Made by a program: the position numbers and the translations under genes | Part shown: piece after piece, positions 6,997 to 16,417 of the stretch | Layout: every line of letters begins with the position of its first letter | Numbering within the stretch: position 1 is the first letter of the stretch | From: a virus | Taxonomy: Duplodnaviria; Caudoviricetes | Virus record (IMG/VR): IMGVR_UViG_3300020426_000013 | Location: 1-38,222 of that record | DNA length: 38,222 bases | Strand: one strand, 5' to 3' | Notes under the pieces: model-generated | Seen by the model: only the letters and a program-made list of their open reading frames with translations | Database searches by the model: none | What the model was told of the DNA's origin: nothing

Positions 6997-9495
6997 CTAG
7001 CGGTAGGCAAGCCAGTCGACCGAGGAAGTCGAACTGCCGTTGCTTGAGGTGAAGGTGGCCTGGGTGGTCGTCTTTGAGCTCACCCGGATCGTCTCGTTCG
7101 CGCTGTGCGACAGCGCGATCTTGTAGTTCGCGTCGAACTCGGTGCTCGGCAGCGTGACCGTCACGGTGCCGCCCGAGAGCGTTGCCGTGCCGCTTGCGAT
7201 CTGGTTGCGCTTCAGGTTACTCGGCGGGTTGCCTGCGATTGCAGGGCCGACGAGGTAGTCGAACGTCGCGCTCCCGCCGATCGTCACTAGGCCAGCGCCC
7301 GGCGAGAACAGGAGGCCGGAATTGTTCTTGCGATAGTAGTGCACGAAGCGCCACTGCGCCGTACCATCGGTCAGTAACACACCGCCATCGGCCCCGGTCG
7401 GCGGTGTGCCGGTGCCGCTCGTGCCCGGCGTGACGCACTGATAGACGTTGCCACCGGTCTGCACCCGTTGTCCCTCGACATAGGCTGTCGCATTGGCATG
7501 GGCATCGTAGAACGAGCAGCTGGCCCGACCCGAGAACTCGACGTTCTGCACGCCGGGCCCAAAATAGTAGCAGGCCGAAGCGGTCGCGCTATCGCCTGCG
7601 CTGTCGCTGGCGCCGATCCGCACGTTTTCGACATTCTCGTACCAGCACGGAATCAGGGACCAGTTGTGCACCCGGCACCCGTCCTGCTGCACGATCCCGG
7701 TGTTTTTTACATAAATCGCGTAATGTGAGGCTGCAGGGCTGTCGATCACGGTGACGCCCCTTAGATTAGCCGACTGGATGCCGTTTCGAACTGCGCCATC
7801 AAGCATAACACCGTAACGCTTGATCGAACGCAGCGAATCCCCCTCGCAGGAGATTTCCTTGATCCGACCCAGCGCGACAATGCCATTGCCGTAGCCCGCG
7901 CCGTTGGTGGCGTCGGTGCCGGTGCCTTCGATGAAGTTTTTGCTCGTCTTGATGGTCGCGAGCCCAAAGCCATCAGGGCGGCTTTTGCTGGCGTCATTAC
8001 CGTTGAACACGATCGCTGCGGTACCGCTGTCGCGGATACGCGCATTCGAGACGTTCATCGCCCCGATCGAGTTCAGCAGGATAGCGCCGTAAAGACCGGA
8101 CGGACCATTTTCCGGCGTCCCTCCGCAGCTGTCGACGATTACATCGCTGACCGAGATGCCCTTCGACAGCTTGCACTTGATGGCTGCCATCGCGTTGTTC
8201 TTGAAATAGCCGCCCTTCACGAAGAAGCCGAACACGCGGTCGCCGCCGGTCCAGTTCTCGTCCGTGCAGGCGATGCCCTGCCGGCCATAGCCCTCGCACC
8301 ACGGGCGGACGACTTGGGCCATATTCCAGACGGCGTCGTTCACGTTGTAGAGCAGCAGGCCGCGCTCGACCGAGGTGGACGACGCGACGAAATCCGGCTC
8401 GATCAGCATGATGTTCTGCCATGCGCCGCCAAGGAACACCTCGCAGTGCGAGGTGCCGCCCTCGGTCAAGCGGTGGCGCGTGCGGATCAGCTTGGGCCCG
8501 CGCTTCGCGGTGGTGGTCGTGCCCGCGATCCCGGCGAAACCCGCGCCCGAGAACAGCACGTCCTCCATCACCAGCCCTTCGCCGGTGACGTAGACGCACA
8601 GCCCGTTAGTCGACGCGCTGCTGGTGCCGTTGCCTTCCAGCTTGACGCCCTTGATGGTCACGTCGCTGCTCGCGATGTTGAGCACATTCGCATTGTTCGC
8701 GCCCACGGTCAGGCGAGTGCTGTCGCCATCTCCTTCAAAGGTAAAGCCCGCGGGGAGTATCGCGTTGGTCAGCAGGTTGTGCCCGCCTTTGCCGACGATC
8801 TTCTTGAGCCCGCGGCTCTGCGCCTCCGCCCACGCTGCTGCCCACGCCGCGTCCGCGTTTGTGCCGGTGTAGGCGGCAAAGTCGGCCAACCGCACCGCGT
8901 CGTTCAGGACCAGCTTGGTCGTCCGGAACAGCGACCCGGTGCCAGCATTGTGCTTGATCAGCGCGGTGCCGGACGTCTCGTCTGCAAGGTCGGTCCGCAG
9001 CGCGCTGTCCGCGCCGGTGCCGGATGCGGGAACGACCGCGCCGCCCGCGTCGAAGGCTGCGATCTTACCCGCGCGATCGGCGGCAGGGGGAAGCAAAAGC
9101 CCGGCCTCGCCGGTCGGCACGCGCACGGCCCGGTCGACGTCGCGCCGCAGTGCCTGGTCGCGCGCGGCAGCGCGGTCGAGGCTTTCGTTATGCGCGAGGT
9201 CGGCAAAGCGCGGGCGGTTGGTGAAGTTGATTTCCTGCTTGAAATCGGGGGCGAGCGTGACGAACAGCGTCGGCCCGGCGGCAGGGGCGGACGCGAAGGT
9301 CACCGTGCCGCCCGAGACCGCGTTGAGCGTGACCGAATAGAGCGCGGCGGAAACCGTGCTTTCTGTGCCGTCGGATGCAACCTGCACGACCGCAACCTCG
9401 TCGGCGGTCGGCGCCGTGAAGGTGAAGGAGAAGCTGGTCGTGACGCCGTTCGGGTAGTACGGCCCGTCAATCGCGTTGGTGGTTTCAACCGTCAT
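6997..9495 (-). CDS. Tail fibre/tailspike, probable beta-helix polysaccharide depolymerase
   Basis: N-terminal T7 gp17-like anchor (GNGVTTSFSF-like, HNESLDR), LADFAA...DAAWAAAW helix cap, Gly/Asn/Ile beta-helix repeats. Confidence 0.85.
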   Translation of the reverse strand: MTVETTNAIDGPYYPNGVTTSFSFTFTAPTADEVAVVQVASDGTESTVSAALYSVTLNAVSGGTVTFASAPAAGPTLFVTLAPDFKQEINFTNRPRFADLAHNESLDRAAARDQALRRDVDRAVRVPTGEAGLLLPPAADRAGKIAAFDAGGAVVPASGTGADSALRTDLADETSGTALIKHNAGTGSLFRTTKLVLNDAVRLADFAAYTGTNADAAWAAAWAEAQSRGLKKIVGKGGHNLLTNAILPAGFTFEGDGDSTRLTVGANNANVLNIASSDVTIKGVKLEGNGTSSASTNGLCVYVTGEGLVMEDVLFSGAGFAGIAGTTTTAKRGPKLIRTRHRLTEGGTSHCEVFLGGAWQNIMLIEPDFVASSTSVERGLLLYNVNDAVWNMAQVVRPWCEGYGRQGIACTDENWTGGDRVFGFFVKGGYFKNNAMAAIKCKLSKGISVSDVIVDSCGGTPENGPSGLYGAILLNSIGAMNVSNARIRDSGTAAIVFNGNDASKSRPDGFGLATIKTSKNFIEGTGTDATNGAGYGNGIVALGRIKEISCEGDSLRSIKRYGVMLDGAVRNGIQSANLRGVTVIDSPAASHYAIYVKNTGIVQQDGCRVHNWSLIPCWYENVENVRIGASDSAGDSATASACYYFGPGVQNVEFSGRASCSFYDAHANATAYVEGQRVQTGGNVYQCVTPGTSGTGTPPTGADGGVLLTDGTAQWRFVHYYRKNNSGLLFSPGAGLVTIGGSATFDYLVGPAIAGNPPSNLKRNQIASGTATLSGGTVTVTLPSTEFDANYKIALSHSANETIRVSSKTTTQATFTSSNGSSTSSVDWLAYR

Positions 9496-9519
9496 GCCGT
9501 GCCTCGTTGCTCGGCGATA

Positions 9520-9552
9520 TGCCTACGGGAGCGGGCTATCCGGTTGAATCGC
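9520..9552 (-). promoter_or_regulatory. Putative late promoter upstream of the tail fibre
   Basis: GCGATTCAA-N18-TAGGCA. Confidence 0.7.
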
Positions 9553-9558
9553 GCGCGG

Positions 9559-12500
9559 TCAGTCTTCGGGCAGCCTGCCCTTGGTCATCCCGGCATACCA
9601 ATCCTCTGCCGTTTCCGGATCCGCATCGCCGTCCGCGACGTCGACTAGGAATTGGCTTGATGCGGCGATCTGTCCGGGCACCATGCCGGTCGTGTAGCCG
9701 ACGAATTCCAGCGCGTTGCGCACTGGGCGCTTGGGCTCATCGCCCTGCGCGATCTTGCCTACGTCCTTGGCGACATTCACCGCCGACGACCCGACGCCCT
9801 GCAGTGGCGACAGGCGATAGTCGAAGCCGGGACGCCCGGCGAAGCCGTCGAAGATCGGGTCGGTCAGGTCGCGCACGATCGGGATTGCGCCAAGCGACTG
9901 CGAAAGCATCTTCTGGAACGCCCACCAGCCCCATTCCTCGTCATCGTCCGGTCCGCGGCCGGAAAGGATTTCGGCCAGCAGCGGCGGCACCACGATCAGC
10001 CACCACGCCCGCGCGGCAAGGTTCGGAATGTCGCTCACGCCTGCACGCTTCACGTCGCGCAGGAGGTTGCGCTGGCGCGAATAGACCGCGCTCAGGTAGG
10101 TGTAGAACATGGTCAGCAGCTTGAACGCTTCACCCCAGCGCCCGGTCCCGCGCGAAACCGCGGCAAGGTCTTTCGGTGCGCCCGCACCCTGTGACAGCCG
10201 AATGGCCTTGTCCGCCTCGTAGGCTGCAGCCTTCTCGTCGAGCCCGGCGTCGATCGCCTTGTTGTAGGCGCCCATCCACGTCGGGACGGAGACGAGCCGG
10301 TCCATGTAGCCAATGCCATGGAACGCGAAGCGCTTGGCTGCGGTCAGGCCGTCCACCGCGCGGTTGCCCTTCGCCTGCAGCCGATCCATTTCAAGGCGGA
10401 TATCGCGATCAAGTGTGTCGAGGCGGAAGCGCAGTTCATCGCTGCGCTCGAGCGCGAACGCCATCATTTCCGGCATCTGAACGCCCTGGAACGTCGCCAG
10501 CTTGCCGACCGAGCCCATCATCTGCGCCTGGAACTTGGCGATCTGCGGCGTGACCCAGCGCGCGCCGACCATCTCGAAGCTATTCGAATAGCCCGCGATC
10601 TGCGTCAGGATGGTCGTGAACCGCCAGCCCATGCCGACGACGGTGGTGTTCGCGCGCAGCTTGCCCATCCATCGCCCGATACCCTCGTTACCAGCGCGCT
10701 CGGCAGCCCAGCTGTTCGCGATGTAGTTGAGCCATGGCTGGAACTGCTTGCGCACTTCCGGCCCCAGCGTCTCGTCGACCATGCGCTTCACGCGGGTGTT
10801 GTTGAGGAACTTGTGCGCGTTCATCACCGGCTCGCGGTGCGTGACGTCGTGGATCACCTCGCCCAGGTGCCGGTTGATCACGCCGATATCGAGCAGGATC
10901 GGGCGCGAGACCTTGTCGGCGCGCTCTTTCGTCGCCGACGCGCGCGTGCTGGCGCGGACATAGTTCGCCGCGAACAGGTCGGACTTCTTCGCTTCGCGCT
11001 CCTCGGCGGCATAGTCGAAACGGCTGTCGTAGATCGCCGGGTAGTAGCCACCCGCGAAGGTGCCGAAAGGCGTGACGACTTCCGCGGCTTCAACCTTGGG
11101 CGGGGCGACGCCGTTGATCGCGCGTTCCATCTTTTCGATGTCCGGCCACAGCTCGCCGATGATGTCCCAGACCTCCTGAACGTAGCGCCATTCCGCTTCG
11201 GTCAGGTTGTCCATCAGCGCCCGCTCGACACCGGCCTCGCTCCACCCGTAGCCATCGACGAGGCGCTGGCGGTTGCCCTTGTTTCCCCAGTTCAGCGCCA
11301 TCGCGATCAGCCGCTTGCGCTGGAACTCGGCAGGCAGGCCGGTTTCGGGGTCGAGCAGGTCGAGCACGACCTTGTCGGCCCAGGAACGAACCGTCGTCTG
11401 GTCGAGCTTGCGCGCGGCGGCTTTCAGCTTGGTGTGGTAGGATTCCAACATCTCGCGCTGGCGCGCCTGCGCTTCAGCGATCGGGCGGAACACGATGCGG
11501 TTGAACACCCCGTCGCTCTTGCCTTCGTCGAGCCAGTCGAACACCTGCTCCATCCGCAGCAGTGCCGCGTCGAATGCGTGCATGCGCGCCTTGGTGCTGT
11601 CCCACCACGACGGGTCGACGAACGACCCCTTGGGCGGCTTGCGGCCGATATTGTCGCCCGCCGCTTCTGCCTCGCGCACCGCGGCTTCGAATTCGCGCCG
11701 CTCCTGGTTATCGATCAGCGTCTGCTTCAACCGTCCGAGGTGCAGTATCTGCTTCACCTGCGCGTCGAGCGTCAGTAGGTCGTTGACCTTAAGCCGCGAC
11801 CAGTTGGTGCGACCGATCAGCGCTTCGAATTCGCGCGGGGCCACGACGTCGAAGCCTTCCGCTTCACGTTCCTCGGCCCACTGCGCCCACTGCCCGGCGC
11901 GGTCGATCGAAACCTGCGAACGCTCGCGCAGGTCGACCGCTTCCAGAAGCGCGTGCGCCTGCTCGAGATAGTCCTGATCCACCGACTTGCGCGTCTTCGT
12001 ATCCGCGATCTTCTTGAGCCGTTTGCGCGCCGCCTCCACTTCGTCGAGCGCCAGCTTGGCCTCCGCGACCAGCGCGGAATTCATCATCTGGAACTGCTTC
12101 TGGCGGAACGCCTCCTCGCGATCCTGCGTCGCCATCGCCTGTTCCGCGGCGCGCGCGGCCTTTGCCGCGTTGCGGGTGTAGCGCTGGATCGCAGCCGGCA
12201 TCGCTTCCTCGGCGACGATTCCATCGCGCACCTTGCCGCGCGCCCATTCCCGGGCCAGCGAGTAGGGCGTCGGGCGGCGTCCGGTCGTCCGCGACAGGAA
12301 CCGCATTTCGAAGACGATCAACTCGCCCTGTTTCGCCGTGTGGACCTCGGCAGCGGCTTCGCGCTCGATCGATCCATCATTGAGCGGGTCGCCATACCGA
12401 CGCGAGAATTCCTCCTCGGTCGCCATGTCGATGGCACGCTCACGCAGAGACCGCTTATCACCCCCTTCCCGGGCTTGCCTGTGTGCGCTCTGCGCGCCCA

Positions 12501-15500
12501 TCAGGGCTTCCACCATCTGACGGGCGGACTGATAGCCCGACAGTTCTGCAACGATTTGCGGGTCAACGCCGTCGTCGGCCCACAGCGGCGGGACGCGAAC
12601 CGGCAGCATGTCGGTCGCATCCACGCCATAGGTATCGACGAGCCATTCGCGCGAGATGCGCTGCTCTTTCATCAGCCGCATGGCCTTGAACAGCGGCGCT
12701 TCGTCGATCCGCTCGGTTTCGGCCTTGCGGATTTCCTTGCGGATTTCGCGATAGCGCTTCTGCTCGCGACGCCGCACGACGGCCATCGCCTTGTCGAGCA
12801 TCTGCCCGCTGGCCGCCGCACGCGCCTCGTTCACTTCGGCCTGGTAGGCGGCGAATTCCTCCGCGCTCATCCCGTCCGGCGCTTCCTTGAACAGCGCGGC
12901 AAGCGATTGCCGCTCGCGCTGCGCCTCGATTTCCTCGTCGGTCGCCAGCATCCGGTCGAACACCTCGCGGATTTCCGGCGTGATCGGCGCGTTCAGCCGC
13001 GCGACCGTGCGATAGATGCCGAGCATCCACTGCCGCACGGCATCGAACACCGTGCGCAGTGCAGAGGAGGGCGCTTTGCCTTCCATGAAATAGCGCTCGA
13101 TCCCGCGCGCGAAATACTCGTGCGCCTCGGTCGGGATGGGCGCGGTTTCATCGACCGGGTGGCCCAGTTTTGCGAACCAGCCCCGCACCGCATCCCAGTC
13201 GCGCCGCACCTGATCAGGCGCGTCGGGCAGGCTCGCGTCGATCCGCAGTTCCTCAAGCCACATGTGCCCGAGCTCGTGGATGGCCGTCGACAGGTTGCGG
13301 CTTTCGAACAGTTCGATCGTCTGCTGCGCGCCGTCCATGATGATGCGACCGTTCGCGGATTGCTCGTACGACCGCCCGGCCGCATACAGCCGGTCGATCT
13401 CCGCGCGGATTTCCTCGTCCGTCATGCTGTCTGGATCGCGCCCGGTCTGCTCAATCAGCTGCCGCAGTTCCGCAGCCGCCGCGCGCGCGGGATCCTCGCG
13501 CGTGGAGCGATAGACCGGCGAGCCAGCCAGTTCCTGCCCGATCGCGTCGAGCAGCACTTGCGTGTCGAGCGTGGATGGACCCGCCTCGTTCTCGACATTC
13601 GCCAGTTCCGGGAAGAACCCGTCCGCAATCGCCGCGCGTAGCGTGCTGTCGATGCCGTAGTCGCCCGCGCCCGACAGACCGGCAAGGGCGCCCTGATCCG
13701 GGTTGGTCGCGCGCAGCAGACCGGAAGGCGCGCCCATGCTCGCCAGATCACCCCCCGGGTCATTGATCCCTCCCCGCGCGCGGATGAATTCCAGCAGCGT
13801 GCCGCCTTCGCCGATCACCGGGTCCGCGTTCTTGCGCATCGCGTTGATCAGCACGTCGACCTGGTCCGCGGCGCGCATCGCGGCGACGCCTTCGGACAGC
13901 ACCTGCCTCACTTCCAGATTGTCGAATTCGGTGCCGGTCAACTCCTGCCCGAGCCGCGCCGCCCGCGTCTGCGCGCGCGTTACCGCAATCTCCGCAACCG
14001 TGCGCGCTGCCTCGACGGCATAGGACTGCCCGAACATGGTCGCCACGCGATCGGTCAGCTTTTCACGCACCGTCATCTGCGCGCGCTGCGCTTCGTCCTG
14101 CGCGCGCATCTGGTCGCCCATCTGCGCAGCCATCTCGTCCATCGCTGCATCGAAGGCGTCGGCCTCGCGCTTCGACATGCCCCCGCCGGTGAAGCGGACG
14201 TCATCCTTGATCGCCTCCCATGCGGGCGTGCCGAACACGCGGTCGACCAGTTCCTCGGTCGACATGATCACATCGCCGCCGGTCGCCGCCGCCTGGTCCG
14301 CCGCGCCCGGTGCGAACGGGTCGTTCTCCGGGTCGTATTCGCCCGACTGCTGGTAGGCGCGGATTGCCTCGCCCGGGATATAGACGCGCTCGGCATCGGT
14401 GTCGGCCAGCATCTCGCGCAGCATCTCGCGGAAGGTCTCCGGCGAACGCTCGCGCAGCTTGCTTGCCTGTGCCCCCTCGGTCAGCTTTTCGAGAAAGCGC
14501 GCTTCGGCCTTCGCGCGGTCGCGGTCACGGATCGTGTCGCGCATCTTGGCGGTGACGTCCGCTGCACGCTGCGCCGCGCCGATCGTGCCCGTGGTCACGG
14601 TGACGCTACCCGCCGTCGCCAGTGCCGTGTCCAGTGCCGCTTGAGGCCGCTCCCGAAGATAGTCACCGATGGTCTTGCCGCGGTTCTCCGGCAGGGTCGA
14701 AAAATCGTTCAGGTCTTGCAGGACGGTCGCGACCTGTTCGCCGCCCATCTCCTGCCCGAGCTCGCGGACGAAGGCTTTGCCGAACGGGGTCTTCTTCGCG
14801 ATCAGATCGATCAGGGTCGACGCCGGCAGCAATTCGGTGCCCGCTTCGATCCCGCCCTGCACAATGCCGTAGCGTAGCGCGTCGCCTGCGCCCAATCCCT
14901 GCGCCCGTGCATCCTGATAGGACGAGGAGCCCACGACCGTGCCAAACACCGTGGAAGCAGCGGCCGGGTTGCGCGTGGCGATGGCCAGCACCGTCAGCGG
15001 GATGCTCTCGGTCCCCTGCAGCAGCCCTTCGGTGACGTAGTTGCTACCCCGGTTGGCGGAGGCGATGCGGTCCGCGCGCTGGGCATAGGCGTCGCGAGCG
15101 GCGCGATAACGCGCCTCACGTTCCTTGCGCTGCAGTTCCGGGTCGAGCGATTCGATGCCGGTCTCGCGAGCGAAGGCGGAAAAGGCCACCTCGATCGGCA
15201 CTCGCACCGGCGTCGTCAGAAAATCAGTGAGGTCGCGGATGCCCTTCTGGGTATCCAGCAGCATCCCACCCGCCCGGTTCCCGCCCGAACCGAAGACACG
15301 CGCCGGAACCTTGCCCAGATCGGCGAGAGAGCGCCCGATCGTCTGCAGCACAGAGCCATCATCCTGCGCCATCGCAGCAGCGCGAGGATTGCGCAGGAAA
15401 TACCCCTGCAGGCCGGGTAGGGAACTCGCCGCGCCGATGAACAGGCCGCGGGCAAGAGACTGCTCGACTTCATCCTCGCGGCCCTGAATTGCGGCGGGCT

Positions 15501-15705
15501 GTTCGCCGGTCCGGCGCACCAGCCGTTCGTTGCGCGCGATCTCGTCGGGGGGCGGCGCGTCGCGCAGGGACAGCGTGAGGTCTTCGCGCTCGATATCCTG
15601 CACCGCGCCGAGGATGGCATCGCCCTCGGTCTGCTGAGGCTTCGCCCGCTCGTGCCGCTGCAGCCGCTCAGCATAGTCGAAGGGATTGGACGGAGGGAGG
15701 GCCAT
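9559..15705 (-). CDS. Giant internal virion/ejection protein, 2048 aa (gp16 position), with zincin-like HExxH motif
   Basis: Position between the gp15-like gene and the fibre; STAIHELGHMWL followed by HEYFARGIERYFMEGKAP. Confidence 0.85.
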   Translation of the reverse strand: MALPPSNPFDYAERLQRHERAKPQQTEGDAILGAVQDIEREDLTLSLRDAPPPDEIARNERLVRRTGEQPAAIQGREDEVEQSLARGLFIGAASSLPGLQGYFLRNPRAAAMAQDDGSVLQTIGRSLADLGKVPARVFGSGGNRAGGMLLDTQKGIRDLTDFLTTPVRVPIEVAFSAFARETGIESLDPELQRKEREARYRAARDAYAQRADRIASANRGSNYVTEGLLQGTESIPLTVLAIATRNPAAASTVFGTVVGSSSYQDARAQGLGAGDALRYGIVQGGIEAGTELLPASTLIDLIAKKTPFGKAFVRELGQEMGGEQVATVLQDLNDFSTLPENRGKTIGDYLRERPQAALDTALATAGSVTVTTGTIGAAQRAADVTAKMRDTIRDRDRAKAEARFLEKLTEGAQASKLRERSPETFREMLREMLADTDAERVYIPGEAIRAYQQSGEYDPENDPFAPGAADQAAATGGDVIMSTEELVDRVFGTPAWEAIKDDVRFTGGGMSKREADAFDAAMDEMAAQMGDQMRAQDEAQRAQMTVREKLTDRVATMFGQSYAVEAARTVAEIAVTRAQTRAARLGQELTGTEFDNLEVRQVLSEGVAAMRAADQVDVLINAMRKNADPVIGEGGTLLEFIRARGGINDPGGDLASMGAPSGLLRATNPDQGALAGLSGAGDYGIDSTLRAAIADGFFPELANVENEAGPSTLDTQVLLDAIGQELAGSPVYRSTREDPARAAAAELRQLIEQTGRDPDSMTDEEIRAEIDRLYAAGRSYEQSANGRIIMDGAQQTIELFESRNLSTAIHELGHMWLEELRIDASLPDAPDQVRRDWDAVRGWFAKLGHPVDETAPIPTEAHEYFARGIERYFMEGKAPSSALRTVFDAVRQWMLGIYRTVARLNAPITPEIREVFDRMLATDEEIEAQRERQSLAALFKEAPDGMSAEEFAAYQAEVNEARAAASGQMLDKAMAVVRRREQKRYREIRKEIRKAETERIDEAPLFKAMRLMKEQRISREWLVDTYGVDATDMLPVRVPPLWADDGVDPQIVAELSGYQSARQMVEALMGAQSAHRQAREGGDKRSLRERAIDMATEEEFSRRYGDPLNDGSIEREAAAEVHTAKQGELIVFEMRFLSRTTGRRPTPYSLAREWARGKVRDGIVAEEAMPAAIQRYTRNAAKAARAAEQAMATQDREEAFRQKQFQMMNSALVAEAKLALDEVEAARKRLKKIADTKTRKSVDQDYLEQAHALLEAVDLRERSQVSIDRAGQWAQWAEEREAEGFDVVAPREFEALIGRTNWSRLKVNDLLTLDAQVKQILHLGRLKQTLIDNQERREFEAAVREAEAAGDNIGRKPPKGSFVDPSWWDSTKARMHAFDAALLRMEQVFDWLDEGKSDGVFNRIVFRPIAEAQARQREMLESYHTKLKAAARKLDQTTVRSWADKVVLDLLDPETGLPAEFQRKRLIAMALNWGNKGNRQRLVDGYGWSEAGVERALMDNLTEAEWRYVQEVWDIIGELWPDIEKMERAINGVAPPKVEAAEVVTPFGTFAGGYYPAIYDSRFDYAAEEREAKKSDLFAANYVRASTRASATKERADKVSRPILLDIGVINRHLGEVIHDVTHREPVMNAHKFLNNTRVKRMVDETLGPEVRKQFQPWLNYIANSWAAERAGNEGIGRWMGKLRANTTVVGMGWRFTTILTQIAGYSNSFEMVGARWVTPQIAKFQAQMMGSVGKLATFQGVQMPEMMAFALERSDELRFRLDTLDRDIRLEMDRLQAKGNRAVDGLTAAKRFAFHGIGYMDRLVSVPTWMGAYNKAIDAGLDEKAAAYEADKAIRLSQGAGAPKDLAAVSRGTGRWGEAFKLLTMFYTYLSAVYSRQRNLLRDVKRAGVSDIPNLAARAWWLIVVPPLLAEILSGRGPDDDEEWGWWAFQKMLSQSLGAIPIVRDLTDPIFDGFAGRPGFDYRLSPLQGVGSSAVNVAKDVGKIAQGDEPKRPVRNALEFVGYTTGMVPGQIAASSQFLVDVADGDADPETAEDWYAGMTKGRLPED

Positions 15706-15712
15706 TGCCGGG

Positions 15713-15745
15713 ACGCTAGGCCGCGCTCACGACCTATTGAATCGC
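15713..15745 (-). promoter_or_regulatory. Putative late promoter, probably leaderless, for the 2048-aa gene
   Basis: GCGATTCAA-N18-TAGCGT; ATG 7 nt downstream with no SD. Confidence 0.7.
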
Positions 15746-16105
15746 CCGATTGCGACCTTTTGCCAGACGGCGATTTCGAAGCCAGTGCCTCGCCGCGCTC
15801 GTGTTTGGCGGAACCCGCTGCCTCAAAGTCACCACGAGCGGTTTTCCCTCGTGAATGAACACATGATCCTCTTCGACCTCGTAACCAACCGCTCGCTCGA
15901 AAAGCGCACGCTCTACGCGATCGTCCGCCGGCTCCTTCCCGAGCCTCAGCGCCTCTGCGAATTCAGGGTGTTGCTGTGTCCAGGTGTTGATTGTGCGGCG
16001 GCTTACGCCAAACCACTCCGCGAGCTCCGCATTCGTCGCGCCACGCTCCGCCATGTCGCGGGCGATTTCGCAGTAGGAAGAATGATATTTGGTAGGTCTA
16101 CCCAT
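15734..16105 (-). CDS. Second terminase-small-subunit-like HTH protein, 123 aa
   Basis: MGRPTKY...GATNAELAEWFGVSRRTINTW...HPEF...ADDRVERALFERAVGY...PPNTSAARHWLRNRR; ATG 1 nt after the alpA stop. Confidence 0.75.
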   Translation of the reverse strand: MGRPTKYHSSYCEIARDMAERGATNAELAEWFGVSRRTINTWTQQHPEFAEALRLGKEPADDRVERALFERAVGYEVEEDHVFIHEGKPLVVTLRQRVPPNTSAARHWLRNRRLAKGRNRAIQ

Positions 16106-16106
16106 T

Positions 16107-16298
16107 TTACTCACGCTCGCATGCCGCGAGCCTCGCTCGAATCCACCGATCGACATCGGCCGCGCGAAAAGCGAGACGCTTCGGTGTGATCCGGAAAGGC
16201 TGCGGAAACTCACCCGCTTCGACCATTCGTTCGATTGTTGAGCGACTGAGGCTCGTCCGATCGCAAACGCCTTTGAAGTTGAGAAGTTGATGCTCCAT
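16107..16298 (-). CDS. alpA: AlpA-family HTH regulator/excisionase
   Basis: LLNFKGVCDRTSLSRSTIERMVEAGEFPQPFRIT.KRLAF...VDRWI; SD GGAG. Confidence 0.92.
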   Translation of the reverse strand: MEHQLLNFKGVCDRTSLSRSTIERMVEAGEFPQPFRITPKRLAFRAADVDRWIRARLAACERE

Positions 16299-16384
16299 CT
16301 GCCGTCTCCATCATTTGGACAGCTATGATTTCTCATGACGCGCAAATCGGATCAATCGCGTTATTTTGGGAGAAAATTGCTTTC

Positions 16385-16417
16385 ACACTAGGACAGCAGT
16401 TTTTCCTATTGAATCGC
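16385..16417 (-). promoter_or_regulatory. Putative late promoter driving the alpA cassette
   Basis: GCGATTCAA-N18-TAGTGT. Confidence 0.65.

Noticed and set aside
6997-9495. Diversity-generating retroelement as in BPP-1
   Set aside because: No reverse transcriptase motifs, no template/variable repeat pair and no C-type-lectin-like fibre end seen in the window
16106-16345. 80-aa N-terminal extension of the terS-like ORF
   Set aside because: Fully overlaps alpA in another frame; the family-like sequence begins at MGRPTKY, coupled to the alpA stop
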